This document shows, piece by piece, positions 1-8,783 of a DNA stretch of 64,000 bases. Under the pieces are notes generated by a model that was not told the DNA's origin, ran no database searches, and saw only the letters and a program-made list of their open reading frames with translations. Location of the stretch: the NCBI GenBank assembly GCA_903831805.1, contig CAIKZD010000017.1:12358-76357 (forward strand), given 5' to 3'. The DNA is from an uncultured bacterium (lineage in GTDB: Bacteria; Patescibacteriota; Minisyncoccia; Moranbacterales; UBA2206). The position numbers and the translations under genes are program-made. The first letter of the stretch is position 1; each line of letters starts with the position of its first letter.

Positions 1-1
1 G

Positions 2-22
2 GGTATCAAGATCGAAGGTTAA
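2..22 (+). CDS. 3' end of upstream gene, possibly ribosomal protein L11 (partial; ...GIKIEG stop)
   Basis: Frame-2 translation ends in GIKIEG then TAA. It lies directly upstream of rplA, as in the conserved rplK-rplA arrangement. Confidence 0.3.
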   Translation, partial: GIKIEG

Positions 23-74
23 TCAATTTAATTTGTGGGAGATTTATACTAATCGCTATCACCACGAAAAATAT

Positions 75-764
75 ATGAAACACGGAAAAAAGTATCGAGC
101 AGTGGCCGAAAAATTTGATAAGTATAAGATGTATTCCTTGGAAGAAGCCATCAAATTCTTGAAAGAGAACAAGGTTTCTAAATTCGATGAGTCCGTAGAA
201 GTGCACATCAAGACGAATGTTGACCCGAAGAAAACCGATCAACAATTGCGTGGCACGACTGAACTGCCACATGGCACTGGTAAGACCAAAAGAATTGTAG
301 TTATCACGACCACGCATGCGGCCGATGCCAAGGAGGCGGGGGCTGACGCGGTAGTGGGGGATGAATTTATCGAAAAAATCAAATCCGGCAAAGCTTTTGT
401 GGGAAAAGATGCTTTTGATATTTTGGTGGCTACCCCGGAAATGATGCCGAAACTGGCACCAGTGGCCAAAATCCTGGGACCGAAGGGCCTGATGCCAAAT
501 CCAAAAACCGAAACTGTCACCACCAAAATCAAAGAAACGGTCAAAGCGCTGAAAGGTGGCAAAGTGGCTTTCAAAAATGACAATGGCGCTATTGTGCATC
601 AAGTGGTCGGAAAATTGTCCTTCGATGATGCAAAATTGGTTGAAAATATCACTTCTTTTATTGCGAGCCTGGAAAAATTCAAACCGGCTAAGATGAAAGG
701 TAAATTAGTAACGAGAGTGAGTCTTTCTTCTACGATGGGTGTCGGCATGAAAATCAGCTTGTAA
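75..764 (+). CDS. rplA: 50S ribosomal protein L1
   Basis: ORF 33..764 reads MKHGKKYRAVAEKFDKYKMYSLEEAIKFLKE...TELPHGTGK, which is typical of L1. The in-frame ATG at 75 is the likely start. Confidence 0.9.
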   Translation: MKHGKKYRAVAEKFDKYKMYSLEEAIKFLKENKVSKFDESVEVHIKTNVDPKKTDQQLRGTTELPHGTGKTKRIVVITTTHAADAKEAGADAVVGDEFIEKIKSGKAFVGKDAFDILVATPEMMPKLAPVAKILGPKGLMPNPKTETVTTKIKETVKALKGGKVAFKNDNGAIVHQVVGKLSFDDAKLVENITSFIASLEKFKPAKMKGKLVTRVSLSSTMGVGMKISL

Positions 765-785
765 AATTACTTTTGGATATCGCGA

Positions 786-810
786 AAAAGCGCCGGCAGG
801 GCGCTTTTTC
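786..810 (+). terminator. rho-independent terminator after rplA
   Basis: Hairpin AGCGCC-GGCAG-GGCGCT followed by TTTTT. Confidence 0.6.
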
Positions 811-812
811 TA

Positions 813-841
813 TTGACGCTCAGGTATGTTTTTGCTATAAT
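813..841 (+). promoter_or_regulatory. sigma70-like promoter (TTGACG-17-TATAAT)
   Basis: TTGACG and TATAAT hexamers separated by 17 nt, upstream of the kinase-like gene at 865. Confidence 0.5.
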
Positions 842-864
842 CTTTGGGTGGTTAAATCTTTTTA

Positions 865-1455
865 ATGAGTTTTAAAACAATGGCAAAGAATAAAATCGTT
901 ATCGGGTTGATCGGAGAAAAAGGCGCCGGCAAAGGCACAGTTTCAGATTATTTAATTGAAAAATATGGCGCCGTGCATTATGGCACGTCCAAAATTTTGC
1001 GCCGTACCTTGGAAGACATCCATGTAAGTGTGACGCGTGACAATCTGGTGAAGCTGGCACTGGTGCTGAAAGAAGGCTATGGTCCGTCCATCATCATCGA
1101 TTCCTTGATCCAGGATATGGAAAAAGCTCAGTCGGACATCATCATCGCCGACGGCATCCGAATGCATGGGGACGTGGAACCTTTTCGCCAAAAATTCGGC
1201 CAGAACTTTTTCTTGGTGTATGTGACGGCTGATTTGAAATTGCGCTACGCGCGCACTAAAGCTAGAAAACAAAATGCCGGTGAAGGTGAAGCAACACTGG
1301 AAGAATTTTTGGAAGAAGAAGGACGGCTCACAGAAGTGTCCATCCATGAAATCGGTCGCCAAGCGGATTTCAAGATGAACAACAACGGCACAGCCGAAGA
1401 ACTGATCGCCCAGACGGAAGAGATGATGGGAAAGATCACGAATAAATACGAATAG
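865..1455 (+). CDS. P-loop nucleoside monophosphate kinase, adenylate/UMP-CMP kinase-like (possible (d)CMP/dNMP kinase)
   Basis: P-loop GLIGEKGAGKGT (the GKGT of the AK/CMK family), an NMP-binding-like ADGIR motif and LID-like arginines (YARTKARK). Lies next to dCMP deaminase and thyA. Confidence 0.5.
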   Translation: MSFKTMAKNKIVIGLIGEKGAGKGTVSDYLIEKYGAVHYGTSKILRRTLEDIHVSVTRDNLVKLALVLKEGYGPSIIIDSLIQDMEKAQSDIIIADGIRMHGDVEPFRQKFGQNFFLVYVTADLKLRYARTKARKQNAGEGEATLEEFLEEEGRLTEVSIHEIGRQADFKMNNNGTAEELIAQTEEMMGKITNKYE

Positions 1456-1484
1456 AAAACGAATATATACAAACGAATTTACGA

Positions 1485-1512
1485 ACACCTCTGAATAGGG
1501 GGTGTTTTTTTA
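1485..1512 (+). terminator. rho-independent terminator
   Basis: ACACCTC-TGAATA-GGGGGTGT followed by TTTTTTT. Confidence 0.5.
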
Positions 1513-1624
1513 TGCTGATTATGGCGAAGTATGTCAATTTTGACCAGAGGAGAGAAAGATAGTAAAATTAAGGAACCCCCTATGAAAAGAAAGGAGAGAT
1601 AATTAAAAGTTAAAAAATAAAAAA

Positions 1625-2194
1625 ATGGCCAATAAGAAAAAATTTAAGAGTACTAGGATAGGCTGGGATGAAACTTTTATGAATATGGCTACATTGCTGA
1701 CGCGAAGGGTTTCTTGCATCGTTGTGAAAACTGCCGCTGTCTATGTCGACGCTAATCACAGAGTGGTTTCTTTAGGATATAACGGTCCGGTCAAAGGCGG
1801 GTATAATTGTGACGAAGTGGGGTGTGCCAAAATAGACGGTAATCCGAAGACGGGAAAGTTGGAACGATGCCGTGGAGCACACGCGGAAATAAATGGAATA
1901 ATCAATGCAATCAATCCAAGAACATTGGAAGGCGCCACTCTTTATACTGTAAAATATCCTTGCTTTGATTGTATGAAAGCCTTGGCCAATGCGGGAATAA
2001 AAGAAATCGTTTACTACGAAAAATATTTAAGAACGCAAACCGGCGGTGAGAAGTTTGAAGAAGAGACTGAGTCTGAAGACTTGGCGAAAATGAAAAAAAT
2101 AAAAGTTAGGAAATTCAAGGGTGAAGTTCTTTGTTTGCCAGCCGAGAGTTTTGATTCTAAAGAGAATAAAAAAAGAGAAAAAGCGTGCTGTTAA
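1625..2194 (+). CDS. deoxycytidylate (dCMP) deaminase, ComEB-like
   Basis: Zinc-dependent CDA motifs HAEINGI and PCFDCMK, plus the LGYNG signature. Confidence 0.8.
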   Translation: MANKKKFKSTRIGWDETFMNMATLLTRRVSCIVVKTAAVYVDANHRVVSLGYNGPVKGGYNCDEVGCAKIDGNPKTGKLERCRGAHAEINGIINAINPRTLEGATLYTVKYPCFDCMKALANAGIKEIVYYEKYLRTQTGGEKFEEETESEDLAKMKKIKVRKFKGEVLCLPAESFDSKENKKREKACC

Positions 2195-2215
2195 TTATTT
2201 AGCTTTAAAATTTTT

Positions 2216-3205
2216 ATGTTGCAAGAAAAAAAACATCCTGAGTATCAATATTTGGAACTTTGCCAAGACATCCTGGACAATGGAACCGCGCAGACTGATC
2301 TTGGCACAGGCGTAGTGACTCATAGTCTCTTTGGTCGTCAGATCAGATTCGATCTTGCTGAGGGTTTTCCATTGCTAACTACCAAAAAAGTCTACTGGAA
2401 AGGTGTTTTGCAAGAGCTCTATTGGTTCTTGTCCGGTCAATCCAATATCAAATATCTCGTGGATAATAATGTGCATATCTGGGATGATTATCCATATAAG
2501 ATTTACCGTGAATTGATGGAAAAAAAGGAAGTACCGGAGATGACCAAGGAAGAATTTGTTGAAAAAATCGCCACGGATGATGAATTTGCCGAGCAATATG
2601 GAAAATTGAAACATATCTATGGAGAGATGTGGCGACATTGGCCGGCCAAAGATGGACGTGGAATCGATCAAGTGCAATGGATTGTGGATGAGATGAGAAA
2701 GGATCCTGATTGTCATAATGCTATTGTCAATTCCTGGAACCCGGAATTTCTTTATGCCATGGCTAAGCCGGAAGAAGCTTCACGCTTTCCAATCTGCCAC
2801 AATATGTATCAATGCAGTGTTAGCAAGGGTAGGCTTTCCTTACAGCTCTATCAGAGAAGTGCGGATATTTTCTTGGGTGTGCCGTTCAATATTGCTAGTT
2901 ATGCGTTGCTCACTATAATTTTAGCTAAAGTGACGGGTAATCAGCCAGGCGAATTCATCCATACCTTTGGAGATGTACATGTGTACGAAAAACATATTGA
3001 AGCGGTCAAAGAACAATTGGCGCGTGAGCCATTGCCGTTTTCCAAAATAACAATTTCTGATGAGGTGAAAGAGTTGGATGATTTCCGTCCGGAGCATGTC
3101 ACGTTGGAAAATTATGCCGCCCATCCGCCAATCAAAGCCGAATTGGCGCCGACCGGGGGACTTGTGACGAAGAATTGGAAAGAATTTGTGCAGAAAAAAT
3201 CATAA
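2216..3205 (+). CDS. thyA: thymidylate synthase (ThyA), long form with internal insert
   Basis: LQLYQRSADIFLGVPFNIASYALL, catalytic ICHNMYQ and WNPE motifs. 329 aa with a small-domain insert similar to the L. casei and T4 forms. Confidence 0.9.
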   Translation: MLQEKKHPEYQYLELCQDILDNGTAQTDLGTGVVTHSLFGRQIRFDLAEGFPLLTTKKVYWKGVLQELYWFLSGQSNIKYLVDNNVHIWDDYPYKIYRELMEKKEVPEMTKEEFVEKIATDDEFAEQYGKLKHIYGEMWRHWPAKDGRGIDQVQWIVDEMRKDPDCHNAIVNSWNPEFLYAMAKPEEASRFPICHNMYQCSVSKGRLSLQLYQRSADIFLGVPFNIASYALLTIILAKVTGNQPGEFIHTFGDVHVYEKHIEAVKEQLAREPLPFSKITISDEVKELDDFRPEHVTLENYAAHPPIKAELAPTGGLVTKNWKEFVQKKS

Positions 3206-3215
3206 ATATAAAACA

Positions 3216-3716
3216 ATGAAAATCATTTTGGTTATGGCTGCGACGCTCGATGGCAGGATTGCGAAATCGAGTGATCATTTTCCGGATTGGACGAGTAGGG
3301 AAGATAAGAAATTTTTCCAGCGAGTTTCCAAAGAAGCTAGGGTGGTCATTATGGGCGATAAAACCTTTGCCACTTTTCCATCTCCGTTGAAAGATAGGCT
3401 GAATGTGGTTTTTACGATGGAAGAAAATAAGCCAATGATAGAAGGAGTTAAATGGGTGAAAGGCGAGCCGGCAGATGTGATAGCCGAATTGGAAAAAATG
3501 GGATACGAAACGGCGATTTTAGGCGGCGGTGCATTTGTTAATGGAATGTTTCTGGAGAAAAAGTTAGTGGACGAAATTTATGTGACCATTGAGCCGAAAA
3601 TCTTTGGTGATGGCATATCACTTTTTAAGGGAGATTTTGACGTTAATTTGAAACTGAAAGAAATAGAGAAAATCAATGACGATGCGGTGGTGTTGAAGTA
3701 TGAGGTGGTAAAATAA
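3216..3716 (+). CDS. dihydrofolate reductase-fold protein (RibD C-terminal-like DHFR family)
   Basis: MKIILVMAATLDGRIA... and VVIMGDKTF motifs. Immediately downstream of thyA. Confidence 0.65.
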   Translation: MKIILVMAATLDGRIAKSSDHFPDWTSREDKKFFQRVSKEARVVIMGDKTFATFPSPLKDRLNVVFTMEENKPMIEGVKWVKGEPADVIAELEKMGYETAILGGGAFVNGMFLEKKLVDEIYVTIEPKIFGDGISLFKGDFDVNLKLKEIEKINDDAVVLKYEVVK

Positions 3717-3734
3717 TATTTTATTGTATAGAAT

Positions 3735-4571
3735 ATGAAAGATGTTTTATATGTACCAGGAGGATTTGATGTTTTGCATTCTGATCATAAAAAATATATA
3801 AAAAAATGTTTCAATGCAGTTTCTAAACAATTTAAAATTGATAAGGTCATAATTGGTTTGATTTCCGATAATGATCTTCAGGTCAAAGGGAAAGAAAGAC
3901 CAATATTTTCCTATGAGTGGAGAAAGGAAGATTTAATTGATTGGGCCAAAAATAACTTTAAAGATGTTGAATTTGAGGTTGAAAAATTAAATACATCTTG
4001 TTTCAAAAAATTTCCTCAAAATGATAAGATACTCAAAAGAATTATTACAATAAGTAGTGAACATAAGAATAGCCTTCCAATCAAAGAGCTTTGCGATTGG
4101 CATCCAAAAGTTTTTTTTATTAATCCGACTGGGAAGAAGCATACTTCCGATATTCCAGATAGAATAGAGAAAATGAAAAAACTATCGGGGTGTTTTATTA
4201 GAAAAGTATCCGCAATAGTAGTGAGAAGTGGAGATATAGTTAAAATAACGAAAAATGGCACAAGTAAGAAATGTCTAGAAAATAATTGTGACAAATATAA
4301 AGACCTTATTGCAAAGTATAAAAGAACAGGGAAAAAGATGCCTTCGGATGTGCCTTGCGATTTCCCTCATGCCGAGATTAGAGCATTAGGCTATTCAAAA
4401 AATGGTGACGATATGGTCATAGCTAGTTCGCCTTGTATGCAATGTGCGGAAGGGATAGTATCAAAAAAAATTAGAAGAGTAGTTTATTTTGAGGAGTATC
4501 ATGATTTTACACCAATTGTCTTTTTAAAGAAGCATGGAGTTGCATGCAGAAAGGCTGGTGTTAATAAATAA
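3735..4571 (+). CDS. fusion protein: N-terminal cytidylyltransferase-like nucleotidyltransferase (HxGH) plus C-terminal dCMP/cytidine deaminase-like zinc deaminase
   Basis: N-terminus GGFDVLHSDH...IGLISDND...YEWRKEDLI is TagD/CTP-transferase-like. C-terminus HAEIRAL...SPCMQCA carries the CDA zinc motifs. Markedly lower GC than its neighbours. Confidence 0.6.
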   Translation: MKDVLYVPGGFDVLHSDHKKYIKKCFNAVSKQFKIDKVIIGLISDNDLQVKGKERPIFSYEWRKEDLIDWAKNNFKDVEFEVEKLNTSCFKKFPQNDKILKRIITISSEHKNSLPIKELCDWHPKVFFINPTGKKHTSDIPDRIEKMKKLSGCFIRKVSAIVVRSGDIVKITKNGTSKKCLENNCDKYKDLIAKYKRTGKKMPSDVPCDFPHAEIRALGYSKNGDDMVIASSPCMQCAEGIVSKKIRRVVYFEEYHDFTPIVFLKKHGVACRKAGVNK

Positions 4572-4590
4572 TTTATTAATAAATAGTGTT

Positions 4591-5259
4591 ATGAAATACG
4601 AAGTAGAAATCAAAAGTCTTTTGCAAACTAACGAAAATGCGCAGAAGTTGCGGGATAAGTTGGCTGAACAGGGGATTGAAATAAAAAATAAGTACAAACA
4701 ACTTAATCACTATTTTCTGAACGACGGGGATTTCACTAAATTAGAAGAAGAGTTGTTACCTTTGTTTTCTGATGAGAAAAAAGAAAAACTGAAGAAAATT
4801 TTAGAAGAAGGCCAGAACCATTCTTTGAGAACTAGAGAGATGAACGGCGAGGCATTCTTTGTGATCAAAGCCTCGGTGGATGATACCACTTCGTCCAATG
4901 GAATTTTGCGCATGGAATTTGAAGAGACGGCTGGCATTTCCATGGACGCACTGAACAAGCTTTTGGAAGAGGCGGGATTTTCCTATCAAGCTAAATGGTC
5001 GCGAGAAAGAGAGGAATATGGCAAAGATGATTTCTATATCACGATCGACAAGAACGCTGGCTATGGATTTTTGTCGGAGTTTGAGATTCAGACGGAAGAC
5101 CAAGAAAAATTAGGCGAGACGAAACAGCGAATTGTGGATTTCATGGGAGATCTTGGGCTCCAAGAACTTTCTCAAGATCGTCTGGAACGGATGTTCAAGT
5201 TCTACAACGAAAACTGGCGTGAATATTACGGCACGGAGAATGTTTTTAATGTGGAGTAG
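4591..5259 (+). CDS. CYTH-domain protein (CyaB-like class IV adenylyl cyclase / triphosphatase family)
   Basis: MKYEVEIKSLL N-terminus and an acidic EFEIQTED motif typical of CYTH. The ATG at 4591 is preferred over the ORF-track start. Confidence 0.6.
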   Translation: MKYEVEIKSLLQTNENAQKLRDKLAEQGIEIKNKYKQLNHYFLNDGDFTKLEEELLPLFSDEKKEKLKKILEEGQNHSLRTREMNGEAFFVIKASVDDTTSSNGILRMEFEETAGISMDALNKLLEEAGFSYQAKWSREREEYGKDDFYITIDKNAGYGFLSEFEIQTEDQEKLGETKQRIVDFMGDLGLQELSQDRLERMFKFYNENWREYYGTENVFNVE

Positions 5260-5329
5260 CCAAATATTGCTAAATTCTGGCATATTGGCTAGAATGGTAG
5301 AGAAGAATAATAGTTAGATATATTTAGAT

Positions 5330-6895
5330 ATGGCCAAATATACACCGGTTATCGGGATGGAAGTGCATGTGGAGTTGAAGACTGCTTCGAAGATGTTTTG
5401 TGATTCCAAGAACGGGATGGGAGAGGAGCGCGAGCCGAATGTGAATATCTGTCCGGTCTGTACCGGGCAACCGGGGACTTTGCCGGTGCCAAATGTTCAA
5501 GCCATTGAATTTGTACAATTGGCCGGTTTGGCTTTGGGTTGCACTTTGCGGTTGGATTCCAAATTTGACCGCAAGAACTATTTCTATCCGGATCTGCCGA
5601 AGGGCTACCAGATTTCGCAATATGATCAACCGTTGTGCGAAAAAGGAAAGCTAAGAATTGATGGGAAAGAAATCGGCGTGACTAGAATTCATTTGGAAGA
5701 AGACACGGGGAAACTCATTCATCCGAAAGGCGTGAATTATACCTTAGTTGATTTCAATCGGGCTGGTGTGCCTCTCATGGAACTGGTGACGGAACCGGAC
5801 ATTGAGACGGGCGAAGAGGCGCGCTTGTTCTGTCAGAAGCTGCAACAGATCTGCCGCTATTTGGAAATTTCGGACGCGGATATGGAGAAAGGCCACATGC
5901 GTTGTGAAGCTAACATCTCGCTCTACAAAGAAGGGGAAGACAAATTGTCCGGCACCAAAGTGGAAGTGAAAAACATCAATAGTTTTAAATTTGTGGAAAA
6001 AGCCATTGCTTTTGAAATTGAACGTCAGACGGAACTTTTGGATAAGGGCAAAGAAATTGTGCAGGAGACGCGCGGCTGGGATGCTAATCGCGGCGAAACA
6101 GTGTCACAAAGAAAAAAGGAATCGGCCCATGACTATCGCTATTTCCCCGAGCCGGACATTCCACCGCTCAAGTTTGATGAAAATTATGTCGAAGCGCTGC
6201 GCCGGAAATTGCCGGAACTACCGGACGCTAAAATTGCTCGGTTTGAAAAGGAATATGCATTGCCGAAAAGTGACGTGGAAATTTTAACGGCCGATAAAGA
6301 AATGGCGGAATATTTTGAAGAAGTGGCGAGTGAAATAAAAGAAAAAATTTCCTGCCATGAGATTGAAGCGGCGGAAAACAAAGCCTTGAAATTGGCCGCC
6401 AACTATATCATTACCGAACTCAGGAAACATTTGTCAGAACATAATCATAGTATGGCAGACATTAAAATTACTCCGGAGAATTATGCGGAATTGGTGGGGC
6501 TAGTAGCTTGCGGGAAGATTAATTCCACCGCCGCGCAAACAGTATTAGCAGAAATGTACAAAACCGGTGGTGATCCTTCGCAGATAATTTCCGAAAAGAA
6601 TTTAGCACAAATGGACGGTGGAGATGAAATGGAGGCCATGGTGGAAAAAGTCTTGGCAGCCAATGCGGCTTCGGTGGCGGATTTCAAAGCCGGCAAAGAG
6701 AACGCGTTGAAATTTTTGATGGGACAAGTGATGTCGGCTACGCAAGGAAGAGCTAATCCTATGGCTGTTAATGAATTACTTAGAAAGAAATTATCAGGCA
6801 GTACAGATGTCAGATCCGCCTCTGGCGGAAAAGAATCGGGCGGCAAAGCCAATCCGAGCGCAGCCATGGAAATGATTAAGAAAAAAATTACATAG
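5330..6895 (+). CDS. gatB: Asp-tRNA(Asn)/Glu-tRNA(Gln) amidotransferase subunit B
   Basis: MAKYTPVIGMEVHVELKT...CPVCTGQPGTLP and a C-terminal GatB/YqeY-type domain. Confidence 0.9.
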   Translation: MAKYTPVIGMEVHVELKTASKMFCDSKNGMGEEREPNVNICPVCTGQPGTLPVPNVQAIEFVQLAGLALGCTLRLDSKFDRKNYFYPDLPKGYQISQYDQPLCEKGKLRIDGKEIGVTRIHLEEDTGKLIHPKGVNYTLVDFNRAGVPLMELVTEPDIETGEEARLFCQKLQQICRYLEISDADMEKGHMRCEANISLYKEGEDKLSGTKVEVKNINSFKFVEKAIAFEIERQTELLDKGKEIVQETRGWDANRGETVSQRKKESAHDYRYFPEPDIPPLKFDENYVEALRRKLPELPDAKIARFEKEYALPKSDVEILTADKEMAEYFEEVASEIKEKISCHEIEAAENKALKLAANYIITELRKHLSEHNHSMADIKITPENYAELVGLVACGKINSTAAQTVLAEMYKTGGDPSQIISEKNLAQMDGGDEMEAMVEKVLAANAASVADFKAGKENALKFLMGQVMSATQGRANPMAVNELLRKKLSGSTDVRSASGGKESGGKANPSAAMEMIKKKIT

Positions 6896-6900
6896 CATTA

Positions 6901-6933
6901 AAAAAGCTTTCCCATTGACGGAAAGTTTTTTTG
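6901..6933 (+). terminator. rho-independent terminator after gatB (A-run before, U-run after)
   Basis: AAAAAAGCTTTCC-CATTGAC-GGAAAGTTTTTTT. Confidence 0.7.
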
Positions 6934-7255
6934 AGATAAGGTGGGGAGAAGTTAAAAGAAAGAAGGATGAACCTTAACAAAATAGATGGAGGGAATATGT
7001 TGGAGCTCTGTGGGAACAAATATGAGGCGCAGTGTATAGGTGTAGATTTATGATCTGGGCAAGGTATGGTGGAAGGTGGTGGGGAATTATATCCATAGAG
7101 CAGATAAGAAGGAGTGCTCTATCGGAGTTGAATGATGGCATAGTAACGGCGTATCCTCGGGAACTAAAAGCACTTGTAAAAGAAAAAATAGGCAAGTTGG
7201 GAGGGGTTTTCTGTCCGACTTGTATGGCAAAATAAAAAATCAACCAAAGAGGTTA

Positions 7256-7447
7256 TGTATGCAGACTGCCAGAAATGCCTGCCATATGGGTGGCATGAAG
7301 GGACGCGAGAATGGGATGGTGAAAATTATCATCCCGCGGGATGTTGCCTGGGAGGAGGTTACCTCCCATGATTTATCTAATCTGAATGCCGGAGGTGTTA
7401 ACGCTCCCAAGGGCATGAGGATTGTAGAGATTGAACGCAAAAAGTGA
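7256..7447 (+). CDS. small hypothetical ORF (about 63 aa) in the gatB-miaA spacer
   Basis: ATG preceded by AAGAGG and followed by a strong hairpin terminator. No similarity recognised; it could instead be part of an ncRNA. Confidence 0.2.
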   Translation, partial: CMQTARNACHMGGMKGRENGMVKIIIPRDVAWEEVTSHDLSNLNAGGVNAPKGMRIVEIERKK

Positions 7448-7450
7448 GAG

Positions 7451-7495
7451 TGAGGCGGCTGGTCCAATTGGATCAGTCGCCTCGAATTATTTTCT
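7451..7495. terminator. strong hairpin, likely bidirectional terminator
   Basis: GAGGCGGCTGGTCC-AATT-GGATCAGTCGCCTC followed by AATTATTTTCT. Has U-runs on both strands; sits between a plus-strand unit and the minus-strand miaA. Confidence 0.5.
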
Positions 7496-7510
7496 AGAGT
7501 AATAAAGGCT

Positions 7511-7546
7511 GGCGAACGGTCCGCTGATTACAGCGAACAGTCCGCT
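7511..7546. repeat. 36-bp GGCGAACGGTCCGC-N8-GCGAACAGTCCGCT element (intergenic copy)
   Basis: Near-identical to 62327..62362, which lies inside atpD. Related to the palindrome at 17704..17736. Confidence 0.7.
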
Positions 7547-7567
7547 ATTTGTGATAGGCAGGCTCTT

Positions 7568-8584
7568 CTAGGATAAAAATTTTTCCACTTCTTCTTCAAT
7601 TTTTTGATAATAATCTAGCCATACGATACGCGCATCTTTTTTAAACCACGTCAGCTGCCGTTTGGCATAATCTTTTTCGGCTAGGTATATTTTTTCCAAT
7701 AAGTCTTCTTCGGAAGTAATATGCCCGCGTAAAAATTGTGGAATAAGTTTGTAGCTCAAACCGAAGCTTTCCATTTTTTTCCAGCTGAGGCCAGTAGCAT
7801 GTAGTTTTTGCACTTCGTCTATCATCCCACCGGCAAATCTTTTTTGGACATTTGACTTGATTCTTTCGTGCAAGACTTCTTTTTCTCGCGCGATGCCGAT
7901 CTGGAGGAAGTCGTGCTGCGCTTGGCGTGGGAGTTCAACTCCCATTAGGGGAGTTGAACTCCCTGTTTTTATTTTTGGCACTTTGCCTATGGCTTTGCAG
8001 ATTTCAATCGCTCGAATCAGTCGCACTGGATTTTTGGCGTCGATAGTTTTGGCACGCTCGGGGTCTAATTTTTCGAGCATAGTGAAAAGTTCTTCTGTGG
8101 TTTTGTTACGTAGCATGCTACGTAACACCGGATCAGGCGCGACTTCGGGATAACTGACATTATCGACGATGGCTTTGATCCAAAAACCGGTCCCACCGGC
8201 GATGATGGGGACTTTTCCGCGCGATAGAATTTCGGCGATAACTTTGTCGGCATATTTTTTAAATTTGGCGGCGTTATATTCAGTCTTGGGACTGACGATG
8301 TCGATGCCATAATGGGGGATTCCTTCTGAAAGAAAGACGTTGCCCCCTCTGTCCCGACGAGTACATCGGGACGTCTCCCCCGAGTACAGGGGAGAAGGAA
8401 TTGGGTCAGACTCAATTTTTCCAGTGCCGATGTCCATGCCGCGATAAATCTGGCGGGAATCCGCGCTCAAAACTTCGCCGTTAAATTTTTTGGCCAGTGA
8501 AATAGCGGCCGAAGATTTGCCACTAGCAGTCGGACCGAGGATGACGATTATTTTAGGAGAAAGCCTCTTTTTTTTAGTGCTCAT
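7568..8584 (-). CDS. miaA: tRNA dimethylallyltransferase
   Basis: IVILGPTASGKSSAAISLAKKF...SADSRQIYRGMDIGTGK. Start set to the in-frame Met before the P-loop. Confidence 0.85.
   Translation of the reverse strand: MSTKKKRLSPKIIVILGPTASGKSSAAISLAKKFNGEVLSADSRQIYRGMDIGTGKIESDPIPSPLYSGETSRCTRRDRGGNVFLSEGIPHYGIDIVSPKTEYNAAKFKKYADKVIAEILSRGKVPIIAGGTGFWIKAIVDNVSYPEVAPDPVLRSMLRNKTTEELFTMLEKLDPERAKTIDAKNPVRLIRAIEICKAIGKVPKIKTGSSTPLMGVELPRQAQHDFLQIGIAREKEVLHERIKSNVQKRFAGGMIDEVQKLHATGLSWKKMESFGLSYKLIPQFLRGHITSEEDLLEKIYLAEKDYAKRQLTWFKKDARIVWLDYYQKIEEEVEKFLS
7929..7965. repeat. perfect 15-bp inverted repeat inside the miaA CDS
   Basis: GGGAGTTCAACTCCC-ATTAG-GGGAGTTGAACTCCC, coding for ...TPLMGVELP.... 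Confidence 0.6.
8343..8394. repeat. AGTA-loop hairpin module inserted in frame in miaA
   Basis: CCCTCTGTCCCGACGAGTACATCGGGACGTCTCCCCCGAGTACAGGGGAG. Encodes the non-conserved peptide ...SGETSRCTRRDRGG.... Confidence 0.7.
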
Positions 8585-8691
8585 AAGATAGTGTAATAGT
8601 TTAGGTAAAACTAGCAAAAAAATTGATAAAGAGCAAGGAATTGTAGTCTTGACCAGGTGGCGATCTGGTTTGATTTAAAAAATATGAAATA

Positions 8692-8720
8692 TTGTACGGC
8701 ATTTTTTTAAATGCTATAAT
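8692..8720 (+). promoter_or_regulatory. sigma70-like promoter (TTGTAC-17-TATAAT)
   Basis: Hexamers with 17-nt spacing, upstream of the delta-60 repeat gene. Confidence 0.45.
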
Positions 8721-8783
8721 AATGACGTGTAAAATGTCTAACAGAAAAATATAAAAATTTAAATTAGCAAATAAAATATTGAG

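Noticed and set aside
952-1488. 178-aa minus-strand ORF
   Set aside because: Antisense to the NMP-kinase-like gene; composition-driven shadow ORF.
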